The position numbers were made by a program, and so were the translations under genes. Shown piece by piece: positions 40,318 through 54,183 of a stretch of DNA of 64,000 bases. This stretch comes from Eledone cirrhosa (taxonomy: Eukaryota). The stretch covers positions 188,108,001 through 188,172,000 of the forward strand of contig OZ024741.1 in NCBI GenBank assembly GCA_964016885.1, given 5' to 3'. The notes beneath the pieces are model-generated. The model was not told the origin of the DNA. It ran no database searches and worked only from the letters and a program-made list of their open reading frames with translations. How positions within the stretch are numbered: the first letter of the stretch is position 1; each line of letters begins with the position of its first letter.

Positions 40318-43300
40318 GGCGTGGATTGGCAGTATCGGTAGAGAGTCGGACGCCATGCTTTGACGTATAGAGTTACGGCCCTTGCCATTCTGAGTTCAAA
40401 TCCCGCCAAGGTTAACTTTGCCTTTCATCCTTACGGGGTCGATAAAATAAAGTACCAGTAATGCACTGGGTAATTGCTGGCCTTGTGCCAAACGTAGAAA
40501 CAATTATTATTAACTGGCGGTGACTTAGCAGTATCGGTAGAGGGTCGGATATGCTTTCCAGCATAGTTACGTCCCTTTACGATCTGAGTTCAAATCCCGC
40601 CGAGGTTAACTTTGCCTTTCATCCATACAGAGGTCGATAAAATAAAGTACTAGTAATGTACTGGGTAATTGCTGGCCTTGTGCCAAACAGTAGAAACAAT
40701 TATTATTAACTGGCAGTATCGGTGGAGGGTCGGACGCCATGCTTTCCAGCATAGTTACGTCCCTTTACGATCTGAGTTCAAATCCCGCCGAGGTTAACTT
40801 TGCCTTTCATCCATACAGAGGTCGATAAAATAAGGTACTAGTAATGTACTGGGTAATTGCTGGCCTTGTGCCAAACAGTAGAAACAATTATTATTAACTG
40901 GCAGAAAAAAACCCACGCTTCGGGTGGTTTTCTGCTAGCATGTGTAGTGTGCATATTGATATTACAAGTATATATGCATGTAGATATGATACATCAAATA
41001 AAATCGCAATTGACAATATACACAGAAATTGAACGAAGACTGTGTTACACTGTCTTATGTAATCAGTAACGTAATCCATGGTACATTAAAAAAAGACGAT
41101 AAATCCCGCCGAGGTTAACTTTGCCTTTCATCCTTCCGGGGTCGATAGAATAAAGTACCAGTAATGCACTGGTAAATGCTGGCCTTGTGCCAAAAGTAGA
41201 AACAATTATATATAAACTGCATTAGGAGAAAATTAGCGACAGAAATATATGAATATTTATTTAAACGATCGCTAACCGGAAGCGTTGACATTTGAAAATT
41301 TTTGAAGAAGTGAATCTTTAAATAAGTAATAAAATATATTTAATGAACAGCCACGAAATTTAGTAGATAAATTATGTAATATTCATTCATTATTTATTCA
41401 AATCCCGCCGAGGTTGACTTTGCCTTTCATCCTTACGGGGTCGATAAAATAAAGTACCAGTAATGCACTGGGTAATTGCTGGCCTTGTGTCAAAAAGTAG
41501 AAACAATTATTTATTCAAAGTAATCCAACTTGTTTTACTATTGGGATAAAAATGTATAAACCGTACGCAGTCACGCGCTCCTTACTTTATTATAGTTTAG
41601 ATGACGGTGGGTTGGCAGTATCGGTAGAGGGTCGGACGCCATGCTTTAACGCATAGAGTTACGGCCCTTTCCATTCTGAGTTCAAATCCCGCCAAGGTTA
41701 ACTTTGCCTTTTATCCTTACGGGGTCGATAAACTAAAGTACCAGTAATACACTGGGTAATTGCTGGCCTTGTGCCAAAAGTAGAAACAATTATTATGGTG
41801 GTGGATTGGACTATTATTATTATTATGGTAGAGGGCTGGACGTCATGCCTTCTACCATAGTTATGTCCCGTTACGGTCTGAGTTCAAATCCCGTCGAGGT
41901 TAACTTTGCCTTTCATCCTTACGGGGTCGATAAAATAAAGTACCAGTAATGAACTGAGGTCGATTTAATCGACTTCCCCTACCCCCAAATTGCTGAGTTT
42001 TGTGCCTAAAGTAGAAACAACTATTATTATTTGTCATTTGATATCTTAGTCATTGTTATTTAACTGGAAAACTTGTCCTAATGAACATGAAGCCGCTACC
42101 TGCAGCCTCAGATATTTGTGACATATCGGAGAGTTTTTGCTGTTACCAGTAGGCATACCTTCTGGAGTGCTCCAAAAAAGTGGACTGGGCTAATGTTCTT
42201 TAACCAACCTTGGAAGCTCATCGAGATAGTACCTAGTGTTCCTATGACGATGGGGGTGACCTTGATCTGAATGACAGTTCCAAATCCTTTTCAGTTCCCA
42301 CTTTAAATCCTGGTACCGGTTAATTTTCTCCTTCTTTTCTTGCACTCTTGTGTCAAAGAGGCAAGCTACATATGTAATCAAGCAAAAATTTCTTTTCCTT
42401 GTCAAAAAACACTAGTCCAGGCCTACTTGTGTTCTAATTTTTTGTCCGTTTGCATCCTGAAATCTCACAACACCTTCACCCGATCGTTTTCATTTACAGA
42501 CTCTGGATTATACTCATACCGTTTCTCAGAATGAGATAATTTTCTCAGTTTGCATGGATGCCAGTGAATCACTTTTCTTGTGATATCATGCCTCCATCCT
42601 TTATAGTGAGTCTGGGCTAGGTATTTACGCTCGGATATTATGTGAGTCAGTTTTCTTGTACTTTGTGCCTAAATCAGAAACCGTGGATTGGCAGTATCGG
42701 TAGAGGGTCGGACGTCATGCGTTGACGCATAGAGTTACGGCCCTTGCCATTTTGAGTTCAAATTCCGCCGTGGTCAACTCTGCCTTTCATCCTTACGGGG
42801 TCGATAAAATAAAGTACCAGTAATGTACTGGGTAATTGCTGGCCTTGTGCCCAAAGTAGAAACAATTATTATTGTTATTGTTGTTTGCGTCAGGACGCAC
42901 ACATTTCAACCTTCAAATGTTTCCGCTATTTGCACTTCTAGGTACAGATTATTCAGAATGAATGGATTGGCAGAATCGTTGGAGCGTCAAACAAAGTGAC
43001 AGTGGAATTTAGTTACGGTTTTTTTATTTTTATATGTTCTGAGCTCAATTCCTGTCGTAGTCAACTTTGTCTTTCATCTTTCAGATGTCGATAAAATAAA
43101 GTACTTTAATATTCCTGTAGAAGATCCAAGATTTGAAGGGAATTGTAATCAAGAAGAATTGAATTACTTTTTGTTTAGTCGTTGTTTGTGTATTGTTTTA
43201 ATATTTAAAAAAAAAAACTGTTTGGTCAGTGAAGTGGCAGAATTGTTGAAGAGGCGGAAAAAATCCCTTTTGTCCTGATTTCAAATCCTGCCAGAGTTTA

Positions 43301-44692
43301 CTTTACATTTTATCGTTTAGGGGTCGATAAAATAAGTATCAGTCAAGTACTGTATGATTTCTAATATAGGCACAAGGCTACAAATTCGTGAGGTTAGTTG
43401 ATTATATCAAACCCAGTACCTTGGTTGGATTTGAACTCAGAACATAAACGACTGTAATGTCAAGTAGTATATAATTGACAATATAGGTATGTATATATAT
43501 ATATATATGAATGGACCCGCAATACCTGATGAAATCGTAGGGACGCCGCAAGTGACATATAGCGCGTCTTGGACACTTTAAACCTGGCGGAGCTCATCCT
43601 CTCTCCAGACCCAAACACAGTTGATTCCTTCCAGAGAATGAGAAAGAGTGTGAGAGAGCGGAAGCGAGAAAGATATATAGAAAAAGAATCGACCAAAGTA
43701 CTAGATTGGTACTTTTTTTTATCAACCTCAAATGGTCGAAAGGCAAAATTGATCTCAGGTAATTTGAACTCAGCGAGTGCACAGGGCCAGGACGAATAAC
43801 ACAAAACATTCTATGATAATCAACAATAACCTCCTTCAAAATATATGAACTTTGTCTAAAATTTAGAAAACATTACTTTCAGAATTATTGTCCACGAGCT
43901 CGTATAGCAGAACCGCTAGAGGCTAAATTGAATACTTTACTGTACATATTAGTTAGGCTTAGAGTTCAAAGCCAATTGGCGCTGAGATTCCTCTCATCTT
44001 TTCGGGGGGTTAACAAAATATATACCAGGGTCAATTAAATCTACCGTACACTCTCTCCCAAATCATGTGTCAATCATTATTATTATTATAAGGGTGGATT
44101 GGCAGTATCGGTAGAGGGTCGGACGCCATGCTTTGACGCATAGAGTTACGGCCCTTGCTATTCTGAGTTCAAATCCCGCCGAGGTTAACTTTGCCTTTCA
44201 TCCTTACGGGGTCGATAAAATAAAGTACCAGTAATGTACTGGATAATTGCTGGCCTTGTGCCTAAAGTAGAAACAATTATTATTATAAGGGTGGATTGGC
44301 AGTATCGGTAGAGGGTCGGACGCCATGCTTTGCAGCATAGAGTTACGGCCCTTAATGATCTGAGTTCAAATCCCGCCGAGATTAACTTTGCCTTTCATCC
44401 TTACGGGGTCGATAAAATAAAGTACCAGTAATGCACTGGGTAATTGCTGGCCTTGTGCCTAAAGTAGAAACAATTATATATTATAATTAATGATATTATA
44501 TATTATATTATTAAAACAAAAAAATAATTGTTTCTACTTTTGGCACAAGGCCAGCAATTAACCAGTGTATTACTGGTACTTTATTTTATCGACCCCGTAA
44601 GGATGAAAGGCAAAGTTAACCTCGGCGGGATTTGAACTCAGAATAGCAAGGGCCGTAACTCTATGCGTCAAAGCATGGCGTCCGACCCTCTA
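40318..44692 (+). mobile_element. Dense S1 SINE field (~14 copies: tandem trio 40318-40895, others at 41100, 41398, 41603, 41797, 42683, 42962, 43230, tandem pair 44090-44480, antisense 43355 and 44525)
   Basis: Repeated S1 consensus; tandem copies separated by attattattaactggc or attattattataag duplications. Confidence 0.88.
42035..42655 (-). pseudogene. Dong-like RLE element 3' fragment
   Basis: VACLFDTRVQEKKEKINRYQDLKWELKRIWNC; homologous to 47478-48177. Confidence 0.82.
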
Positions 44693-45169
44693 AAACAAAA
44701 AATAAAGAAAGTTAAAACAATATGTGACAAGTGGTGACAAGACTTTCGGATCACCCTGTACAACATTTCCCTTTGTAAACGACGAAGGTCCCACAACAAG
44801 ATACGTTATGTATGAAGGGAAAATGGTGGGATGGTTACAGTTGATCATTGGCTTTGATCATCGGCCGGTCGGTTAAATCAAAGCAACAATACCATCAATA
44901 ACAAAAACGGCAATATGTAAGAAAATTCTGGAATGTTTGTTTCTACAGAGGTGTGGGTATTCAATGAGACATTAATATTTCATAGTTTTATTCAATTATA
45001 TTCACCTGGTCTTCCTTTATTTGAGAAATTTCAAAAATATAGAAACGGAAGAGAATATACACATAGATAAAAGTCAAAGCTCTGCTGAGTTCCTTCGCCC
45101 TTTCCCGGGTCTTGTATTTCATCCCACAGGGTGTCCAAATATCACCCTCCTCACCAAGCAAGCTTGTAC

Positions 45170-45222
<53 letters not shown>

Positions 45223-45223
45223 C

Positions 45224-45257
<34 letters not shown>

Positions 45258-45607
45258 TGCGAAATATCGAATTTCGTATAATATATATTTGAAGCTGAAA
45301 ACTACACTAACTGTTACTCCGAGTTTTGTCTTTCCGATCTACCGACAATAGTGGAGAGTAGAGCAATATTCATTTGGAAAAATACGAAAAAAGAAAAAAA
45401 AACCCCAAACATTGAACAAATTACAGAAGGCGCTTCACAGTGCATGATTTGCATTTTACACTGGGCATTGACTAGATACTGAGTAAAATGGCAATTGCAA
45501 CACTCTTAGCAGAGTTTGCAGCCATCATGTATGTATGTATGTATGTATGTATGAATGTATGTATGTATGCATGTATGTATGTATGTATGTATGTATGTAT
45601 GTATGTA

Positions 45608-47365
45608 TGTGGGAACTACAGAGGTATATCATTGCTTTCTGTCGTAGGGAAAGTTTTATGTAGGGTGCTTCAGGACCGTCTGCTGACACACATTGCAGAT
45701 TGTGTTCTTCCTGAAAGTCAATCTGGTTTTCGTGCTGGACGCGGCACTACTGATATGATCTTCTCAGCTAGACAGCTCCAGGAGAAGTGCATGGAACAAG
45801 GTTTGGATCTGTATCAGGTTTTTGTTGATCTGACAAAAGCTTTCGATACTGTTAACAGAAATGCATTATGGAAGGTACTCCAGAAACTTGGTTGCCCTGA
45901 TAAGTTCCTTGCTTTTGTTAGGTCTTTCCATGACGACATGAAGGCTTGGGTTAATGTCAGAGGTAACATGTCGGAGCCTATCTCAGTAAAAAATGGAATG
46001 AACAGGGGGATATTCCAGCACCGACCCTGTTTGCCATATACTTTGCAATGGTTTTCTATATTGCATTCAGGAATTGCGAGCATGGTGTTTACATCCGATA
46101 TCGAACCTCAGGCAGCATATTTAACATCAAGCGCTTTGCTGCAAAAGCAAAAGTATTTACATCAATCATAAGAGACCTCTTGTATGTAGATGATTGCGAT
46201 CTTGTAGCGCACACAGAGAGTGATATGCAGCGCAATTTGAATGCATTTTTTTATGCTTACACTGCCCTAGGATTGACTGTCAGTCTCAAGAAAACCGTCG
46301 TCATGTACCAACCTGCCCCTGGTAGGCAGTACAGTGAACCAAATATCTATGTGTATGGTAAACGATTTGGAGTAGTTGATCAGTTTGTCTATCTGGGAAG
46401 CACTGTCAATCGATACAGCAACCTTGATAGTGAAATCTCACTCAGGATTAGGAAAGCAAGTGATGCTTTCGAAAAGCTGGAAAGGCGACTCTGGGGTCGG
46501 CGAGACATATGCAAGAAGACAAAAGTAAAGGTGTACAAGGCATGTGTGCTCTCTTCTCTTCTTTATGCCTGCGAGACTTGGGTCACATATCGACACCACC
46601 TTAAGCAATTGGAGCGTTTCCATCAGATGTGTCTCAGACGGATCCATGGCGTTCACTGGAAGGACCCCATCAGTGATGTCGAGATTTTGGAAAGCTCTCT
46701 GTGTGACAGGATAGAAGCTCTTGTGCTTAAGCAACGACTCCGTTGGAGTGGTTACCTTGCCAGGATAAAGGATTCTAGAATACCAAAACAACTCTTTTAT
46801 GGAGAGTTAGTTAAAGGAAAACGACCTCCACATAAACCAAAAAAGAGGTATAAAGATTCATTGAAAGCATCTTTGAGAGACGCTAACATCTCTGCTGATA
46901 CATGGGAAAAGGCTGCTGCTGATCGTAATAAATGGAGAAAGACTGTATTTGAGGGGAAAGTTGCCTTTGATGCATCTCGAATCGCATACGAGAAAGTAAA
47001 GCGGGATGTGAGGAAGGGCATTGCTGTTGCACTTCCAGACGGCGAGGGTCCTCCTATGGTGCTGACATGCAGCGTCTGTGCGAGACTCTGCCTAAGCAAA
47101 GCTGGACTCGAAAGTCATCTTCGCAGTCATAAAGTGAGACCAGTGGTTGACTACCAGGCTGCTGTTGGAGATGCTACTCATCATACTTGCCAAGCATGTG
47201 GTAGAGAATGTAAATCAGCAGGAGGGCTCAAACGACATGCAAAAGTGCATGAAGTCCAACCACAGCCGGCTATTCCCTGTGAATGTTTTGGTGTGCAAGA
47301 CATTTTAGATCATTGGCTGGGCTAAAAGGCCACATTCGATCGCAGCGCTGTTAATTGCTATCGTG
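45608..47365 (+). pseudogene. 5'-truncated RTE-clade LINE (RT plus three C-terminal C2H2-type fingers), following (TATG)n
   Basis: CGNYRGISLLSVVGK, PESQSGFRAGRGTTDMIF, DLTKAFDTV, LLYVDD, FVYLGS, LLYACETW, IPKQLFYGEL, CSVC..HLRSH, CQAC..HAKVH and a frameshifted third finger; frameshift near 46005. Confidence 0.93.
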
Positions 47366-47398
47366 TGCGTGTGTCTACATATGTTTATGCGCGCGCGC

Positions 47399-47429
<31 letters not shown>

Positions 47430-47477
47430 TGTATTATTATTGTTGTTGTTGTCGTTATTATTATTGTTATTATTATT

Positions 47478-48174
47478 GTTCTTTGAGTCTCAGTCATTGA
47501 TGTTAGTTAACTGGAAAGTTTGTTGAAATGAATATCAAGCCACTACCTGCAGCCTCAGATATTCAGGACGTATCGGAGGGTTCTTGCTGTTCCCAGCAAG
47601 CATGCCTTTTGAAGTGTTCCAAAAAGCGGGGCGGGGCCAATTTTCTTTAACCATCCCTGGAAACTTTTTGAGATAGTACCTAGTGCGCCTATGACAATCG
47701 GGACCACTTTGACTTCATGGCAGTTCCAAATCCTTTTTACCTCTCACTTTAAGTCCTGGTATCGGTTAATTTTCTCCCTCTCCTTTTCTTGCACTCTCGT
47801 GTCGAATGGGCAGGCCACATCCACAATCAGGCACGATCTTTTTTCCTTGTCCAAAACCACCAGGTCAGGTCTATTGTGTTCCAGTTTCTTGTCCGTCTGT
47901 ATCCTAAAATCCCACAGCACCTTCACCTGATCGTTTTCTATCACCGACTCTGGCTTATGCTCATACCACTTCTCAGAATGTGGTAAATTGTTTATTTTGC
48001 ATAGGTGCCAGTTGATCACCCTGCACATCACATCATGTCTCCAGCCCTTATAGTGAGTCCGGGCTAGGTGTTTACACTCGGATACAATGTGAGCCACAGT
48101 CTCCTCTCTCTCTCCACAGATCCTGCACAGTGGGCTAGCCTCCTCCTTGTAAATATGGTGTTTCTGCCACTTCG

Positions 48175-48177
<3 letters not shown>
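47478..48177 (-). pseudogene. Dong-like (R4 clade) RLE element 3' fragment inside (ATT)n/(AAT)n
   Basis: ETVAHIVSEC, RHD, KVLWDFRIQTDKKLEHNRPDLVVLDK..DVACPFD..EKINRY; (ATT)n on both sides. Confidence 0.88.
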
Positions 48178-48207
<30 letters not shown>

Positions 48208-48519
48208 GGGGCGGTGGATTGGCAGTATCGGTAGAGGGTCGGACGCCATGCTTTCCAGCATAGTTACGTCCCTTTACGATCTGAGTTCAAATCCCGCCGA
48301 GGTTGACTTTGCCTATCATCCTTACGGGGTCGATAAAATAAAGTACCAGTAATGCACTGGGTAATTGCTGGCCTTGTGCCTAAAGTAGAAACAATTATTA
48401 TTATTATTATTATTATTAATATTATTATGAGTTTTTTTTCTCGTGCAATGGCCATACTCGATAACGAGGGGATAGCCATCATGTATGTATGTATGTATGT
48501 TTGTATGTATGTTATGTTG

Positions 48520-49150
48520 GGTCACTCTTGAGCACTACTGGTAACATGTAACCCAGTACAACCTGTCACATGATCGGATCGTCGGTGAATAAACCGGCAA
48601 CCCCAACAAGTTTACTTGGTGAGGAGGAGGATTTTGGATACCCTGCAGGACAAAAAACAAAACCTGACAAAGGGCGGAAGGACTCATACGAGTCAACGGC
48701 CATCCAAAAATGTGTAAATATGTATATACATGTATGCATGTGTATGTATGTATGTACATATATGTATATACATGTATACACGTGTATGTATATGAGCGGG
48801 TACATAGAAATAATTAGGCTGGATACCCGATTGCGCGGTTAAACCACTGAAAATGAAGGACCCCTAGTCTTTGTCAGGGCATTCTTCTAGAAGAAGGCAA
48901 CTCAGGAAACAGGGATAACTCCGACATAAAACCTGCGGCTCCGTAGTTACCGATGATGTTGATCTTTTCTTCTTTTTGGATTATAGCTACTGTCGCTCAG
49001 AGAGTGGGATTGGCTCAGTGCAAATTCTTTTCTCACTTTAAAAAAATTCTTCACGCACAGGCATTGCACGATAGCATTAATTGATAATTATTAATAGTGT
49101 TATATCGTGCAATGGCTATATTCGATAACGAGGGGGCAGCCATCATGTAT
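48520..49150 (+). mobile_element. Bipartite non-autonomous RTE derivative; homologues at 55765-56315 (-) and fragment 45065-45170 (-)
   Basis: Shared taacccagtacaa..aaaccggcaa..ttggtgaggag..gagtcaac(g/a)gccatcca, then ttcttctttttgg..agagagtgg..cacaggcattgc, ending in a ctcg-N4-cgag hairpin and gccatcatgtat. Confidence 0.75.
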
Positions 49151-49177
49151 ATATGTATGTATAGATGCGTATGTATG

Positions 49178-49790
49178 AACACTGGGAAAGGTGGTATAGT
49201 GACTAAAATAATGAAGCAAGGTGGTCCTGGAATAAACGATCTATTGCATAACATATACCACCATATGTAGTTGAAGGATGGAGACCCACTGAACTGGACG
49301 GATGCCATTCTCTTTACCCTCTTCAAGAAGGGACCCAAAGATGTGTGACAACTACTATGGGATCTCTTTACAATCAGTTGTTGGTAAAATGTTTGCTAAG
49401 ATTCTTCTAAATTATCTGCTGATGCACGTTATACATATCATTCTACCAGAATTTCAGTGTCTTTCATCCATATTGAGACACTCTAGATGTGACCTTCACT
49501 GTGCAGTAGATGCAGGGGAAATGTTAGTAGCAACAACTTGATCCCTACAATTGCTTTATTGATCTCACGAAGGCCTTTGACACAAGCAATAGACAAGCCC
49601 TTTTGAGAATACTCTTGAAGCTTGGTTGCCCTGACAACTTTACGGTCTTATAGGTTCATTGCATGATGGCATGAGAGCGTAGGTTTGTCTCAGATGAGAC
49701 AGGCGGGAAACAGGGTGACCTGCTCGTTCCGGTTTTGATTGCCATCTTCTTTGCAGTTGCTCTGTTAAAACATTCATCAACACCGATGTT

Positions 49791-49792
<2 letters not shown>
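49178..49792 (+). pseudogene. Highly decayed RTE RT fragment
   Basis: KMCDNYYGISLQSVVGKMFAKILLN..ILPEFQC; downstream DLTKAFDT and KLGCP in other frames. Confidence 0.75.
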
Positions 49793-49838
<46 letters not shown>

Positions 49839-50149
49839 CATTCAAATTTGGTGGTTTACCACTGGGTAGAATTGGTCATTCTGCAATGTTAATCATGACG
49901 TAATATGAGAAAAGCACTCGACGTTATGCAACTCATCCATCTTCAATGTTGAATGATGTTGGTAGTGCAAGAACGGAGTAAATGTATAATAAAGTGAAAT
50001 GGTCAGAGGCGGGCGAGCAATGTGGTAGCATGCTACTACGTCTATCTCTAGGTCAAAAGCATAGCATACACTTTTTCCTCTTTGTTTTTCTTTGCTTGTT
50101 TCCTTAAAGCTTACCATCATTCCGTTGGTATACATCTATTACGCAATTT

Positions 50150-50207
50150 ACACCTGATGAGGTCACCGGGTTCTTACGTAACCTTGCCACTGAAATGTGC
50201 ACAGTGT
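50150..50207 (+). ncRNA. Type I hammerhead related to 5975-6029; U16 apparently mutated
   Basis: ACAC-CTGATGA-GGTCAC...CCACT-GAAA-TGTGCACA-GTGT followed by AATAAA; palindromic stem III region TGTGCACA. Confidence 0.65.
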
Positions 50208-50270
50208 TTATAGTAATAAAAAAAAATAAGGAAATTCAACATATTTGACCTTCTGTCATTTCACTTTATA

Positions 50271-50343
<73 letters not shown>

Positions 50344-50689
50344 CGAACAACAGGAATGCTTTTTAACATCCGATGATTCCTTGCTACACCAAAAATATAT
50401 ATTGCACTGATACTTGAACTTCCTTATGCAGACAACTGGGGTCTTGTTAACGACATACCAGGGGACCTTCAGCTTCTGATGCATTGTTTCTCGGGAGCGT
50501 GTGATGAGTTTGGGCGAACAAGTAATCTATCGAACGTTCTACTAATTTACCGCCCGATAAATTGTAAAATGATTCAGAGTTCAGTGCGAAAATATCAACA
50601 TGTACTAAGTGATTTTATAATATATGCAATGATCTAATTATGTACAAATTAGTAAAGGTGTATCAATTTTTATAAAGATTATATTATTT

Positions 50690-51320
50690 CGGCCACTTGT
50701 ATTCGCGGTCGTAAATTTTCGGTCATTACTAAAGATTCATGACCATACGTAAGGGTTGGCACGAATACTAAATTGAAGATACAGTTTGGTTTTTACACCT
50801 ACCTCCCTTCTTCTGATTACCGAATGCTGAAGCTCCCACATTACAGTACAACGGGTAGAGTTGCCTATATCCACATTTTCCCGTCTCTTATATTACTTTA
50901 CCCGATTTTCCCACCTGTTATTTATTGTGATCGTTTATTACCCGATTTTCCCACCTATTATTTATTGTGATCGTTTATTATGGTCATTTACGTTGGGACG
51001 ACTACATTTCAAATCTCATTTACAGAGCACCTGCGAAGAGTGAAAAATCGCGAATATTGGACGTGGTTTATAAAAATAGCAATAAACGTCAAAACATAAC
51101 GTAAAATATAGGCCGGCAAATGCGGTAGATTGCTATTAATAATTTAGCATTAAAAAGCGTGAAAAAAATATATATTGCCACGAAAAAAGCCCTTGAAATA
51201 TCGCGGAGGATATTTACGATTCCGCAAATCGGTGGTGGTTTCCACGAACAATTATTAGTTAGGTTCTGAGGAAAATTCCGCGAATAACCGGGACCGCGAA
51301 TGGCGATGATACACAGTACA
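50690..51320. mobile_element. Possible Tigger/pogo-like MITE remnant
   Basis: tattcgcgg near the start and ccgcgaataac..ccgcgaatggcgatgatacacagta at the end; internal 33-bp direct duplication at 50900-50980. Confidence 0.4.
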
Positions 51321-51572
51321 TCTATATTTAATATACATATGATATACATATACATACACGTTATTTTAAGAAATGCTCACATCTGGCCGAACAATCGTCA
51401 TCCACAAAAGTACATAACCTTTTCTTTGATGTTTTTTCTCATCCCAAATAACTAACTACATGATGGTTGCTGTGATGACAACTGGAGGAAGTTTTTATGG
51501 GAATGGGTCAGCAATTTTCTTTGTATTGAAACGTTTGAAATTGAAAGGAAGTGAATATCAGAAACATTTGTT

Positions 51573-51613
<41 letters not shown>

Positions 51614-51639
51614 CGTGTGTATACACACATATATATATG

Positions 51640-51679
<40 letters not shown>

Positions 51680-51690
51680 AACACACACAC

Positions 51691-51769
<79 letters not shown>

Positions 51770-52684
51770 TGTCCCATACCATGTCCTTCCTATTTATGGA
51801 TGGCTCGTTTTATATTGAATAATTAGCAACAATGTCTTGCCGGTATAGGAAGATAGGATAATACCTTCTGACATTCTTGCGGGGAGCGGCAATTGGAAGG
51901 AAACAGCCGACCACAGGTGTAGTAAATATCTTCCACAATGTCTTGGGAAAAAAAAAAAAGATGAAACAAAAATTAATGGCTTCCTCGACAGCGATTTGAA
52001 ATCATATAATTGTTTCTACATTTGGCACAAGGCCAGAAATTATCCCAGTGTATTACCGGTACTTAATTTTATCGACCCCGTAAGGATGAAAGGCAAAGTT
52101 AACCTCGGTGGGAATTTGAACTCAGACCATAAAGGGCCGTAACTCTTTGCTGCAAAGCATGGCGTCCGACTCTCTACCGATACTGTCAATCCACTGTCAT
52201 ATTATATGATTTGGGCGGTGGATTGGCAGTATCGGTAGAGGATCGGACGCCATGCTTTCCAGCACAGTTACGTCCCTTTACGATCTGAGTTCAAATCCCG
52301 CCGAGGTTGACTTTGCCTTTCATCCTTACGGGGGTCGATAAAATAAAGTACCAGTAATGCACTGGGTAATTGCTGGCCTTGTGCCTAAAGTAGAAACAAT
52401 TATATTATATGATTTGAAATCATATAATACTAGTCATAATAGTTTATTAGATACAAGGAAGGGCTTGTAAATAGAAATACAGTAAACACCATAAATATAA
52501 GGGTTATAATACATATATGGTTGGACAAAGTTATATAAAAACGAAGGTTAGGGCAAGGACGTTTAGAGGAAAAACAAAACAATTTGTATATTGTTGAACC
52601 ATTAAAGAATTTTGTTTGTTTAACGGGTTTTAGTAATGAATTCAAAAGACATATTTGTATCATGAGCTATTTCCTTCTAGGTTA

Positions 52685-53117
52685 ATACACACACACACAC
52701 ACATACATACATACATACATACATACACATATACACATATACACATATACACACATACACACACATACACATACACACATATACATATACATGCACACAC
52801 ACATACATACATACATACATACATACATACATACATACACATATACACATACACACACATATACATACACACATACACATATACATGCACACACACATAT
52901 AAACATACATAAACACACACATACACATATACACATACATAGACAGATACACATATACACATACATACACATACACACATACATACACACATACATACAC
53001 ATACACACATACATACACAGATACATACACATACACACATACATACACACATACAGACACATATACACATACACACATACAAACACACATACATACACAT
53101 ACAAACATACATACACA

Positions 53118-53151
<34 letters not shown>

Positions 53152-53306
53152 TGCACATACATACACATACATACACACATACATACACATATACATGCAA
53201 ACACACATACATACACACATACATACATACATACACACAAACACACATATACACATAGATAGATAGAAAAATAGATAGATACATACATATATACATATAT
53301 ATTCAC

Positions 53307-53395
<89 letters not shown>
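52685..53395. repeat. Compound (CA)/(CATA)/(TA) microsatellite
   Basis: Visible. Confidence 0.93.
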
Positions 53396-53398
<3 letters not shown>

Positions 53399-53502
53399 GT
53401 ATTCCGGGTTCAATCGGGGGTAACTACAGTAAGTGAGGTACTCAATACATAGCAGAGTATAATATATTTAATATAGAATTGGTTTCTACGGGACTAGACC
53501 TG

Positions 53503-53507
<5 letters not shown>
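53396..53507 (-). mobile_element. Family A 3' fragment truncated immediately upstream of the hammerhead GAAA
   Basis: Minus strand ATGAAACAGGTCTAGTCCCGTAGAAACC...CCCCCGATTGAACCCGGAATA between (TA)n tracts. Confidence 0.75.
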
Positions 53508-53543
<36 letters not shown>

Positions 53544-53745
53544 TAAGTATGTATACGTACATACATATATGTATACAGACGTACAGTAGTATGTATATAT
53601 ATATACATACATGCACACATATATATATGTACGTATGGATTCACCAAACATTTATTATAATGCTCGGTGTGTTTGTAAACAAACATCCCGTACTAAGCCG
53701 TAGTGTCTAGCAACCATCGTTGCTCGTTTGTTCAACACTGACAAA

Positions 53746-53800
53746 GGAACGCTGTACTAGTTTCAAGCTTATTAGCTATCGTCAGCAACGTATACCTTCC
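53746..53800 (-). ncRNA. Type I hammerhead, minimal, palindromic stem III
   Basis: GGAA-GGTATA-CGTTG-CTGACGA-TAGCTAATAAGCTT-GAAA-CTAG-TA-CAGCG-TTCC. Confidence 0.85.
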
Positions 53801-53925
53801 TGCCAGATGTTTATTCGTCACATCACTGATTCTCCGTTTCTTATGTGATATACATATGTATTTTTTTTGTTAACCTGTTTAGCGTGCTCGTTTTTTCGGC
53901 TGCCTAGCTTGCCACACAACCATTT

Positions 53926-53987
<62 letters not shown>

Positions 53988-53990
<3 letters not shown>

Positions 53991-54183
53991 CGAAGGAAAT
54001 GTGGTAAGGAACCAGGTGGACCATAACGCACCAAAGTACTCAATACTTAGGGTAGTAGAGTGGGTAATAGGAACGAATAGGACCCCGACGGCTGAGCTCA
54101 AGCCGTTTCGACGGCTAATTCAGTCCAGAATTAGCCGTCGAAACGGCTTGAGCTCAGCCGTCGGGGTCCTACTCGTTCCTATA
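53988..54183. mobile_element. Hammerhead family B fold-back element (near-identical to 32634-32828)
   Basis: Arms ataggaacgaataggaccccgacggctgagctcaagccgtttcgacggctaatt / aattagccgtcgaaacggcttgagctcagccgtcggggtcctactcgttcctat around cagtccag. Confidence 0.85.
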
